Source: a virus
Strand: one strand, 5' to 3'
DNA: 64,000 nt
Virus record (IMG/VR): IMGVR_UViG_3300037851_000476
Coordinates: 1-64,000 of that record
Below are positions 7,825 through 15,146 of the stretch, piece after piece (within the stretch, counting starts at the first letter, position 1; each line of letters starts with the position of its first letter). A model generated the notes under the pieces. The model made no database searches and had not been told where the DNA came from. It was given only the letters and a program-made list of their open reading frames with translations. Made by a program: the position numbers and the translations under genes.

Positions 7825-8232
7825 TTATCCTGACAGGTTGCTTCGCGGAGCATTCGGTAAAGGGTGGCCGCTTAATCTGCGCACCTCGATTTCCATGCCC
7901 GTAAGCCGCTCATCAAGGGAATCGAGGCGTCGCTGTATTGACATAATAGCCTTAAATATCTCAAGATCCACGTTCTCCTCTGCCTCCTTTCTTTCTGTTA
8001 TGGTTTCAGTTTTTTGCGTTCCCCCGGCCGTTGACATCATCAATAGGCTTTCTGTCGTGACTCCCAGCACCGTAGCCATTTTCTTGTGATATTTGCGGTG
8101 TGGGTAGCTCTTGCCAGAAAACCACTTCTGAGGAGCATCGGGATGGCAGTCGATGGCTTTTGCGAAGGCCGCTACGGTGAGGCCGGCATCGGCCACGAGG
8201 TTTTTCAAATGCTGCCCGAAGTCCACGCTCAT
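7825..8232 (-). CDS. CI-like HTH (XRE-family) repressor
   Basis: HTH segment LTVAAFAKAIDCHPDAPQKWFSGKSYP...MATVLGVTTESLL. Coiled C-terminal half. Divergent from a Cro-like gene. Confidence 0.75.
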   Translation of the reverse strand: MSVDFGQHLKNLVADAGLTVAAFAKAIDCHPDAPQKWFSGKSYPHRKYHKKMATVLGVTTESLLMMSTAGGTQKTETITERKEAEENVDLEIFKAIMSIQRRLDSLDERLTGMEIEVRRLSGHPLPNAPRSNLSG

Positions 8233-8279
8233 GCTTTACTCCCCCCTTTTTTTAACTGGCATTCGAAGGAAATTTATTC

Positions 8280-8308
8280 TTGACTTTACCTCCACTTTCG
8301 TTTATCGT
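8280..8308 (+). promoter_or_regulatory. sigma70-type promoter (early-right)
   Basis: TTGACT (8280-8285), a 17-nt spacer, then TATCGT (8303-8308). The ATG at 8317 is only 8 nt after the -10 element. Confidence 0.6.
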
Positions 8309-8316
8309 CCTGAGTC

Positions 8317-8571
8317 ATGGCTACCATCGCGCCACAAGACAGGGGCAAGAGTTGGAATGTGCTGGCGAGCGAGCTTGCGGCCAGAATGATTCCTCCCAGG
8401 CATCCCGACACGCTGATTAAGGCCCGCCGAAAAGGATCCACCCGTCCCGACACGGCCAAGGAGCTTGAGCGGATTACGGGCATCGACCGGAGAAAGTTCC
8501 TTTATCCGGACGAGTTCGGAGATCCTTGGCCCGAGCTGCTTTCCGACGGGAGCGGGAATAACAGAAACTAA
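8317..8571 (+). CDS. Cro/YdaS-like DNA-binding protein
   Basis: Contains TAKELERITGIDRRKFLYPDEF, similar to the YdaS/Cro-type C-terminal motif. The position is divergent from the repressor. Confidence 0.6.
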   Translation: MATIAPQDRGKSWNVLASELAARMIPPRHPDTLIKARRKGSTRPDTAKELERITGIDRRKFLYPDEFGDPWPELLSDGSGNNRN

Positions 8572-8584
8572 CACATAATCCCTA

Positions 8585-8599
8585 CGGAAATAATTTCCG
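8585..8599. promoter_or_regulatory. 15-bp perfect palindrome CGGAAAT-A-ATTTCCG
   Basis: Seen directly. It sits between the cro-like gene and the next ORF. Confidence 0.4.
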
Positions 8600-8617
8600 G
8601 ATGTCAATAGGCAGGCC

Positions 8618-8887
8618 ATGGCGCAAGACAAGTTGACCGAGAGGTACACGGTCCCAATCTCGGCGCACATGCGGGATCTGATGCTCTCGGTTTTGGACGA
8701 GCGGGCGAAAGAGCGGCTGCGGTGCCGTATCAGATATGAGATTGCGAGAGTCATACACGAGAGCCTTTTTGATCCTGGCGTCTACCTTAGCGAAGACTCC
8801 GAAGCGGTGCAAAGTTTACTTGGGAAACTGTTAAACAAAAACAGGCAAGACGGTAAACCATCGAAAAACAAGGTGGACGAGGAGTGA
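8618..8887 (+). CDS. hypothetical protein (89 aa)
   Basis: ORF track. Overlaps the next ORF by 4 nt. Confidence 0.55.
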   Translation: MAQDKLTERYTVPISAHMRDLMLSVLDERAKERLRCRIRYEIARVIHESLFDPGVYLSEDSEAVQSLLGKLLNKNRQDGKPSKNKVDEE

Positions 8888-9213
8888 AAGGGGCATCATT
8901 CCATAACACCGTCGAGGCCCGCGGCGCCGATCTTACATCCTACGAGTCCCGGGCATCCAGCCAAGAGCTGCTGATCCTGTCGTTTTTCAAGTCCCATCCT
9001 ACCAGAATGTTCACCCCGAGCGAAATCCACAAGCGGCTTTTTGACCCGATCATAACCCCCCTCACCTCGGTTCGCAGGGCGATCACCAACCTTTGCTCTG
9101 CCGGGGAGCTGCGCAAAACCGACATCAAAGTTACCGGACCCTACGGCATGCCGGAGCATTGCTGGTATCGGCCGCCGGCAGCACAAAAGCTGACCCAATT
9201 ATCGCTATTTTGA
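8884..9213 (+). CDS. winged-helix DNA-binding-like protein
   Basis: Contains ILSFFKSHPTRMFTPSEIHKRL...TSVRRAITNLCSAGELRK, a MarR/wHTH-like pattern. Confidence 0.5.
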   Translation: MKGASFHNTVEARGADLTSYESRASSQELLILSFFKSHPTRMFTPSEIHKRLFDPIITPLTSVRRAITNLCSAGELRKTDIKVTGPYGMPEHCWYRPPAAQKLTQLSLF

Positions 9214-9222
9214 GGCCTAAAA

Positions 9223-10020
9223 ATGGCTGACTACACGACCGTCAACTCGACTTTTTGGACCGGTGAAACAGGCCGAAAACTTCGAGAAGCAGGGCCGGAG
9301 GCGCAGCTTGTAGCTCTCTATCTCCTGTCAAATTCGCACCGCAACCCCCTCGGAATTTATTATCTCCCCAAGCTATTGATATCTCACGAAACTGCGCTCG
9401 ATGCGAAAGGGGCTTCGAAGGGGCTTCAAAGGGGCATCCAGAGTTCGTTTTGTGCCTACGATGACCATAGCGAGGTAGTTTGGGTGTTCAAAATGGCTAC
9501 CTACCAGATAGGAGATAGCCTAAAGCTCGGAGATAAGCGGGTAAAGTGGGTTAACGACCTTTACGCCTCGTTACCTAACAACCAGTTTTTACACGCTTTT
9601 TGGGAGGAATACGGAGCTAAGTACCACATCGAAAAAAGAAGGGGCATCGAAGGGGCTTGGAAGGGGCTTCAATGCCCCATCGAAGCCAATAGCAATAGCA
9701 ATAGCAATAGCAATAGCAATAGAGAGGGACGGCCTGCGGCCTCCCCGCGCCCCCGACGCTGCGCTGTGCCTGAAAACTTCAAACTGACCGAGGACATGAT
9801 CGCCTACGCCAAGAGCCACGGAATTAACGGCAACGTCGATCTGGTCTTCGATCACTTCATCGAAAACCACAAGGCCAAGGGAACCGTTCACCTCGATTGG
9901 AAAGCCGCATGGAGAACCTGGGTGATGAGAGAGATCCAATTCTCCAAGCCCAAATACCAGCAACCATACGACCTCGAAGCCGAGAGCGCCAAAGCCCGAA
10001 AGCTGGCGCTGGGAGAATGA
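9223..10020 (+). CDS. putative replication initiation/organizer protein
   Basis: N-terminal FWTGE...LVALYLLSN...GIYYLP resembles YdaU/DnaD-like phage initiators. C-terminal DWKAAWRTWVMRE. Contains internal iteron-like arrays. Confidence 0.55.
   Translation: MADYTTVNSTFWTGETGRKLREAGPEAQLVALYLLSNSHRNPLGIYYLPKLLISHETALDAKGASKGLQRGIQSSFCAYDDHSEVVWVFKMATYQIGDSLKLGDKRVKWVNDLYASLPNNQFLHAFWEEYGAKYHIEKRRGIEGAWKGLQCPIEANSNSNSNSNSNREGRPAASPRPRRCAVPENFKLTEDMIAYAKSHGINGNVDLVFDHFIENHKAKGTVHLDWKAAWRTWVMREIQFSKPKYQQPYDLEAESAKARKLALGE
9407..9722 (+). repeat. iteron-like 11-bp repeat clusters plus a (CAATAG)x6 microsatellite (candidate origin)
   Basis: AAGGGGCTTCG, AAGGGGCTTCA and AAGGGGCATCC at 9407-9439. 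AAGGGGCATCG, AAGGGGCTTGG and AAGGGGCTTCA at 9639-9671, followed by an inverted ATGCCCC. CAATAG x6 at 9687-9722. Confidence 0.6.
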
Positions 10021-10024
10021 GCCT

Positions 10025-10567
10025 ATGGAGATCGACCAAGGCACCAGACTGTCAGAGGCCTTCATCGCCTACGACGGCATGATGAAGACCCTCTACAACT
10101 ACTTCGGCGCCAACTACAAAGCCGAGCGGGTCGCCGCCATCTGGAATTTCCTCAAGCCCTGCCGGATCAAGCCCGCGGAATACGTGAGGCTTGCTGAGAT
10201 CGCGCAGCAAAAGCTCGAATCGATGAACGGCAACCTCGGCAGCCGGCTAAAAGACATCTACCACCAGGACATCCGAACCGCCGGCCAGGGAGCAGTCGCC
10301 TACGATCTGACCGAGGATTTCAAATACCCGATCGGCAACCTCCACCAGGGGCTACTCATCCTGCGGGACAAAGGCGAGGAGGCATTCGATAAATTCGCCA
10401 AGATGACCAACATGCCCCTCAACGACCGCTCAAGGGTGCGGCATACGCTTCTGGTGCGCTACCCCGACTTCAAAGCCCCGCTGCAGGCCGAGCGCAGCGC
10501 CAAAGTCATTCCCATCGCACAAACCGAGATCTTCAAAACCGCCGAAAGGAGAAACCTACCGGCATGA
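10025..10567 (+). CDS. hypothetical protein (180 aa), replication-module position
   Basis: ORF track. No NTPase motif seen. Confidence 0.6.
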   Translation: MEIDQGTRLSEAFIAYDGMMKTLYNYFGANYKAERVAAIWNFLKPCRIKPAEYVRLAEIAQQKLESMNGNLGSRLKDIYHQDIRTAGQGAVAYDLTEDFKYPIGNLHQGLLILRDKGEEAFDKFAKMTNMPLNDRSRVRHTLLVRYPDFKAPLQAERSAKVIPIAQTEIFKTAERRNLPA

Positions 10568-10974
10568 ACGAGATCCAAGAGCCCCAAGCCAAAGAGCCGC
10601 CAAAAGACCCCCTGCGCGAGCTAGTGTCAAGCCTGACCCCCGAAGGAAGCAACAATCTCAAGGCGGTCTTCCTGCCCCCCAAGACGGGGATCATGTTTTT
10701 GATCGGCCCGTTTGTCTATCGAGTCGGCGCAATCAACGAGGGAAAGCTCAGATTCAGCGCCGATTTTTACGGCATCAGGACCGCCGACGGCAAGGGCATC
10801 ATACGCCCCGGGGGGGAAATCGAATACGGCCCACCGCCGCCAATCCAGCAACCACCACCCCCACCACCACCCCCCAGCTCGAAAAACATCACCCTCGATG
10901 TCCATTCCGGCAGCCTCGATGGGGCCGCTATTTTCAAGCCAAGAGCAGCTAATGGGCAAACCCCGGTCGAATAG
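10564..10974 (+). CDS. hypothetical protein with a poly-Pro tract
   Basis: ORF track. Contains PPPPIQQPPPPPPPPSS. ATGA overlap with the previous ORF. Confidence 0.55.
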   Translation: MNEIQEPQAKEPPKDPLRELVSSLTPEGSNNLKAVFLPPKTGIMFLIGPFVYRVGAINEGKLRFSADFYGIRTADGKGIIRPGGEIEYGPPPPIQQPPPPPPPPSSKNITLDVHSGSLDGAAIFKPRAANGQTPVE

Positions 10975-11401
10975 CTCCGAGCTAATAGCTCAAGCTGACG
11001 AGTGGCGCGAGCAGGTAGCTGTGTTTAGCTGGGCAGAGATAGCCAAGGCGAGCTATCCGGAGCTGGAAATGCTGATCGGCAGCCTGAACGGTGTGCGGCT
11101 TTCGATCGGCAGCGCGGTTAAGGCGGCCAGGGCGGGACTCAAACGCGGGTATCCGGACATCGCCCTGGATGTTCCGAGATCGTTGATCCTGGGGCGAGAT
11201 AGCTCATTTGGTGGGGGGTTTAGAATCTACTGCGGCCTGCGGATCGAGCTGAAAAGGTCGGAAAGCGGCAAATTAAAGCCTGAACAGGTCCGTTGGATCG
11301 AGCTGTTGCGAGCTAATAGCTACCGCGCCGTAGCTTGCTGGGGAGCTAAGGCAGCTATTAGCGAGATAGAGAGCTATTTGGCTCTGCCTAAGTGGGGTTA
11401 G
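10952..11401 (+). CDS. VRR-NUC domain nuclease
   Basis: Contains GYPDIALDV...LRIELKRSESGKLKPEQVRW (D...E-x-K core). The ATG at 10952 is chosen because the upstream part of ORF 10712 is a low-complexity off-frame read of the previous gene. Confidence 0.7.
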   Translation: MGKPRSNSSELIAQADEWREQVAVFSWAEIAKASYPELEMLIGSLNGVRLSIGSAVKAARAGLKRGYPDIALDVPRSLILGRDSSFGGGFRIYCGLRIELKRSESGKLKPEQVRWIELLRANSYRAVACWGAKAAISEIESYLALPKWG

Positions 11402-11408
11402 CGAGCTA

Positions 11409-12056
11409 ATGGGAGCTAAGGTCAAGCGAGAGATAGATTGGGACTCTATCAGGTCGCTTTATCGCACCGACCAGATGCCGGTTAGGGCAATAGCTCGGCG
11501 CTATTCGATCAGCGAGAAGCTAATCCGAGTTAAGGCTAAGTCGGAGGGCTGGGCCAAGGACTTGGCTTCCCAGGTAGCTACCGGAGTCAAGGAGGCGGTT
11601 ATCCGCGCCTCGTCCGCAAAAGGGTCCGCACCTGCGGACAATGCGGCGCTGCGGAAGAAAACTGCGGACATAGTAGCCTCGGCCATCGAGCAGGGCAAGG
11701 TTGTTGTTTTGAAGCACCAAGCCCTCGGCAAGGTGCTGACCCATAACTCCGAGCTGATAGCGCAGATCATCGGCCGGGAGATCGCCAAGGTCGAGAAAGC
11801 GATGGAGGAGGAGCCGTCCGAGGAGCTGAAACCGGCCGAGCAGTTCCAGCGCGCCGTTTCCCTGGCCAAGCGGCTTGAGATCCTGTCAAAGGCCCATGAC
11901 AATATCGCCCGGGCCTCGTTGAACGCGGTCACGATCGAGCGCAAGAGCCGCGGCCTGGATGACCAGCCGGCCGATCCCGATGCACCTCCATCAATCCACG
12001 TTACGTTTTATCGTAGTGACAAGGTGTTGAATGTCAAAAGCGGAGGTCTGACATGA
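11409..12056 (+). CDS. terS: terminase small subunit
   Basis: N-terminal HTH (MPVRAIARRYSISEKLIRVKAKSEGW). Directly upstream of the large subunit. Confidence 0.7.
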   Translation: MGAKVKREIDWDSIRSLYRTDQMPVRAIARRYSISEKLIRVKAKSEGWAKDLASQVATGVKEAVIRASSAKGSAPADNAALRKKTADIVASAIEQGKVVVLKHQALGKVLTHNSELIAQIIGREIAKVEKAMEEEPSEELKPAEQFQRAVSLAKRLEILSKAHDNIARASLNAVTIERKSRGLDDQPADPDAPPSIHVTFYRSDKVLNVKSGGLT

Positions 12057-12172
12057 ATGCTATGGGAACGGTAAGGGGCAAGTGGCGGATTGTTAATTGG
12101 CCGTTTGTTATTTTTTGGGGCAGCTACGTTGTGGGGGCCGCGCTGCTGGCTATGTGGTGGTTTGGGGAATGA
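12053..12172 (+). CDS. 39-codon membrane micro-ORF between terS and terL
   Basis: Hand translation: MNAMGTVRGKWRIVNWPFVIFWGSYVVGAALLAMWWFGE. GGAGG lies 7 nt upstream. ATGA overlaps at both ends (12053-12056 and 12169-12172). Confidence 0.4.
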   Translation: MNAMGTVRGKWRIVNWPFVIFWGSYVVGAALLAMWWFGE

Positions 12173-13782
12173 GGGGCCAAGCGGCCATAGCTGGCACCGG
12201 CCCCGACTTTGACACCGAGCTTGCCAAGTTCACCCCGCGGCAGATGGACGCCGTTCGCCTGCTGGACTCCGGCCGGATCAAGTTTCTGCTTTATGGCGGC
12301 GCCTTGGGCGGCGGCAAGAGCTTTTTCCTGCGCTGGTGGTCGCTGCGCCGGCTCTACACGCTTGCCAGGGTCTTCGGCGTCCGGCAGCCGGTCGGCATGC
12401 TCGCCTGTGAGGACTACCCCAGCCTCAAGGACCGGCAGCTCTCCAAGATCTCCCGCGAGTTCCCGGCCTGGTTTGGCAAGCTGCATCAGGATCACAAAGA
12501 GTACGGCCGCTGCTACATCATCCATCCAAATTGGGGCGGCGGCATTCTGTGTTTCCGCAATCTGGATGACCCCAGCAAGTACGCCTCGGCCGAGTTTTGT
12601 TTCATCTGCATCGATGAGCTGACCAAAAACCCGTACGAGGTGTTCGACCATGTGCGCACCCGGGCGCGGTGGAAGGGGCTTGAGGACATCGAATGCCAGT
12701 TTGTCGCCGGCACGAACCCGGGCTCGATCGGCCACGCCTGGGTCAAGCAGTTCTGGATGGATAAGCTATTCCCCCCCGAGTGGCGATCCCCGATCGATTA
12801 CAGTTCGACCTTTGCCTACGTTCCGAGCAAAGCCGATGACAACCCGCACCTGGATCCGGCCTATTGGGCGATGCTCGAAACCTTGGCCCCGAGCCTGCGC
12901 AAGGCCTTCCGCGATGGCGATTGGAACATCTTCCTGGGGCAAGCCTTCCCCGAGCTGGCCAAAGAGGCGCATACCTGCGAGCCCGTAACGATACCGAAAG
13001 GCGCCCATATCTATTCCACCTTTGATTGGGGCTTCGGCGCACCGTTTTCCTTCGGCTGGTGGTGGGTGGATGGCGACGGCAGGGTTTACCGCTTCCACGA
13101 GTGGTACGGCTGGAACGGGCAGCCGAACCAGGGCTTGAGGCTCTCCGATGAGGAGGTGGCGGTCAAGGCGATCCAGATCGAGCGCAGGATCCTTCCCGAG
13201 TGGGCCGAGCCCAGCCTGATCCAGCGGCTTGCCGGCCACGACATTTTCCAGAAGAAGCCCGACTACAAAGGCGGCGGCCAGGGGCCGAGTACGGCCGAGG
13301 TCTTCGCCGATGTGGGGCTGAAAGAGCGGTGGCAGTTCATTTGGCGAGTGGGGGATCCCAGCCGAACGCTCAAGATCCGGCAGTTCCATGAGCGGCTGCG
13401 CCGGCACGATCCCGACGGCAACCCGATCCGGCCGATGCTGCAGGTTTACCCCGGCTGCGATCACTTCTTCCGAACGATAGGAGGGCTGATACAGGACGAG
13501 CATAACATCGAGGACATCGACACGACCGGAGAGGACCACGTTTACGACGAGAGCTGCCTGATCTGCATGGCCCGCCCCCTAGCTCTGCCCGAGGACAGGC
13601 CGAAGCTGTCCGCAACCGACAAGCGCCTAGACAGGTTGGTAAGGGGGGATAGTGAACGATTCGATACAATCGCTACTATTGAGCAGGAGCGAGAGCTGGC
13701 AAGACTTCAATCAGGACGAGATAGCTGGGAGGGAGAGCCGGACGATGAGGGGAGCGACGGAGCTTTGCACCCAACAATTTAA
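12169..13782 (+). CDS. terL: terminase large subunit
   Basis: Walker A is YGGALGGGKSF and Walker B is CFICIDE. The C-terminal nuclease half is of typical length. The ATG at 12169 is preferred over the TTG at 12097 given by the ORF track. Confidence 0.85.
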   Translation: MRGQAAIAGTGPDFDTELAKFTPRQMDAVRLLDSGRIKFLLYGGALGGGKSFFLRWWSLRRLYTLARVFGVRQPVGMLACEDYPSLKDRQLSKISREFPAWFGKLHQDHKEYGRCYIIHPNWGGGILCFRNLDDPSKYASAEFCFICIDELTKNPYEVFDHVRTRARWKGLEDIECQFVAGTNPGSIGHAWVKQFWMDKLFPPEWRSPIDYSSTFAYVPSKADDNPHLDPAYWAMLETLAPSLRKAFRDGDWNIFLGQAFPELAKEAHTCEPVTIPKGAHIYSTFDWGFGAPFSFGWWWVDGDGRVYRFHEWYGWNGQPNQGLRLSDEEVAVKAIQIERRILPEWAEPSLIQRLAGHDIFQKKPDYKGGGQGPSTAEVFADVGLKERWQFIWRVGDPSRTLKIRQFHERLRRHDPDGNPIRPMLQVYPGCDHFFRTIGGLIQDEHNIEDIDTTGEDHVYDESCLICMARPLALPEDRPKLSATDKRLDRLVRGDSERFDTIATIEQERELARLQSGRDSWEGEPDDEGSDGALHPTI

Positions 13783-14260
13783 GTTTTTCCGGTCGGCCGG
13801 CTGCTTCAACCTCCTCGCTTCGGTGGTCCACCAAGCGGTTTTGGACGCCGACGAGGGCTGTATCCCGAGCAAACTTAAATCCGTTCAAACCGAGCGGCTG
13901 CTCTTGGCCGAGCAGGCGCTCGCCTGGATCGGCAGCAAGTCAAAGAAGCCATGGTCTTTTATATGGTGCTGCGAGTTTTTAGGCATCTGTCATAGACAAG
14001 CCAGCCGCGAGGTGCTTTCCCGCTGCCTGCGCAAGGTGGCCGAGCTGCGGCGGCGCTGGGCGCAAGTGAAGAAAGGAGCTTTCAGCTTTTATGAATACTG
14101 CGATTGGGTGGCAAGATCTGATCCTGATAGCGGCGGCATCGTTTACTCTGGCCGTCATATCGATCGGCATTTCCGCAGCCGCGGGGTATTGGGCCGGAAG
14201 AAACAGCCGCGAGCTGCCGTTTCGAAGCAAAAACAACCCGCGGCGCGAAAGGCCGCCTGA
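13745..14260 (+). CDS. hypothetical protein
   Basis: The ORF-track frame begins at 13652. The ATG at 13745 follows GGGAGGGAG. Contains AEQALAWIGSKSKKPWSFIWCCEFLGI. The Arg-rich C-terminal tail overlaps the next ORF. Confidence 0.5.
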   Translation: MRGATELCTQQFKFFRSAGCFNLLASVVHQAVLDADEGCIPSKLKSVQTERLLLAEQALAWIGSKSKKPWSFIWCCEFLGICHRQASREVLSRCLRKVAELRRRWAQVKKGAFSFYEYCDWVARSDPDSGGIVYSGRHIDRHFRSRGVLGRKKQPRAAVSKQKQPAARKAA

Positions 14261-14366
14261 TGTGACGGTTGCAACCGGCGAGCCCGAGGGTGGGGATATC
14301 TTCGCCGAGGCTGCGTACGGTGAGGATAAGGGGCCGGTGCCGACGATCATGACAGGGAAAGGATAG
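14091..14366 (+). CDS. single-pass membrane protein (91 aa)
   Basis: TM helix LILIAAASFTLAVISIGISAAAGYW. Its third-position G/C content is higher than that of the overlapping frame (hand count). Confidence 0.45.
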   Translation: MNTAIGWQDLILIAAASFTLAVISIGISAAAGYWAGRNSRELPFRSKNNPRRERPPDVTVATGEPEGGDIFAEAAYGEDKGPVPTIMTGKG

Positions 14367-14373
14367 GCAAACC

Positions 14374-14538
14374 ATGAGAGCCATCGTTGTTTGGGTCATT
14401 GGGTTTTTCTGCGGCTTCGGGCTGATGGCGTTTTTTCACGCCAAGCGGATAGAGCAGATCGAGCGTTGGCACCACGATGCGCAAAGCGAGCTGGCATCGC
14501 TTCGCGGCGTGATGGCGTGGAGGGATGATCTGAAATGA
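14374..14538 (+). CDS. 54-aa membrane peptide (below ORF-track cutoff)
   Basis: Hand translation: MRAIVVWVIGFFCGFGLMAFFHAKRIEQIERWHHDAQSELASLRGVMAWRDDLK. GGAAAGGA lies upstream. ATGA overlap with 14535. Confidence 0.45.
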   Translation: MRAIVVWVIGFFCGFGLMAFFHAKRIEQIERWHHDAQSELASLRGVMAWRDDLK

Positions 14539-15146
14539 GCCTGCATAAACTGATATGCGAGATCTGCCGCGAGCCGATCGCAACCTTTGATCCCACCGAG
14601 GTGGTGCCGCGCGCCGAAATGTCGGGGCTGGTCAACCTGCAGGCGTTTCGAAGCCTCTACCCCGAGCGGCAGGTGCCGCCGCCGTTTCCGGCAGCACTCG
14701 ATGATTGGAGGCTTGCCGCATGCCCGAGGTGCCGCTGCCGGCCGTTTTTCAACCACATGGAGAAGGGCGACGGCACGGTAATTATCGCTACCGGCGAAAC
14801 GGTTCCCGAAGGCGGCCAATGGTATCTTTCGGTTGAGGGGGATAGTGGCCTGATTGAAAAGGTGCTACTATCAGAGATCAGAGAACAAGCCCCCCCCGAG
14901 CAGCCGTCACAAATCCGCGTTGAAGCAAACAAGAACGTACCAGAAAACGAGCTTTGGTTTGTTAAAGATGGCGAGCCGAAAGCCATTCTGACAGGCATCG
15001 AAGCCGATTCCGAGCCGACCGGCAACTACACGAGCCGGCCGGTACTCTGCCCGCATTGCGGCAAGCAGTTCCGAAGCCAAGGCCGCCTTGAGAAGTACCA
15101 TACACCCTGTCCCAGCCTGCCCCCCCAGGAAGGATTTAAGATCTGA
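14535..15146 (+). CDS. Cys-rich (zinc-finger-like) protein
   Basis: CEIC...CPRCRC and CPHCGK...H..CP pairs. TGATG junction with the portal gene. Confidence 0.6.
   Translation: MSLHKLICEICREPIATFDPTEVVPRAEMSGLVNLQAFRSLYPERQVPPPFPAALDDWRLAACPRCRCRPFFNHMEKGDGTVIIATGETVPEGGQWYLSVEGDSGLIEKVLLSEIREQAPPEQPSQIRVEANKNVPENELWFVKDGEPKAILTGIEADSEPTGNYTSRPVLCPHCGKQFRSQGRLEKYHTPCPSLPPQEGFKI

Noticed and set aside
9687-9722. CRISPR-like or other array.
   Set aside because: It is a simple in-frame hexanucleotide microsatellite, (CAATAG)x6, with no spacers. No repeat-spacer architecture exists anywhere in the window.
10712-10951. Long N-terminal extensions of several ORF-track entries: 10712 for VRR-NUC, 21175 for the glycosyltransferase, 23916, 24891, 29484, 30469 and 13652.
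   Set aside because: The extensions are low-complexity off-frame reads of the preceding gene. Internal ATGs with an RBS and stop/start overlaps give sensible N-termini.
12097-12168. The TTG start at 12097 for TerL (ORF track).
   Set aside because: That N-terminal extension (MAVCYFLGQLRCGGRAAGYVVVWG) is the off-frame read of the better-supported 39-codon micro-ORF. The ATG at 12169 forms an ATGA junction.
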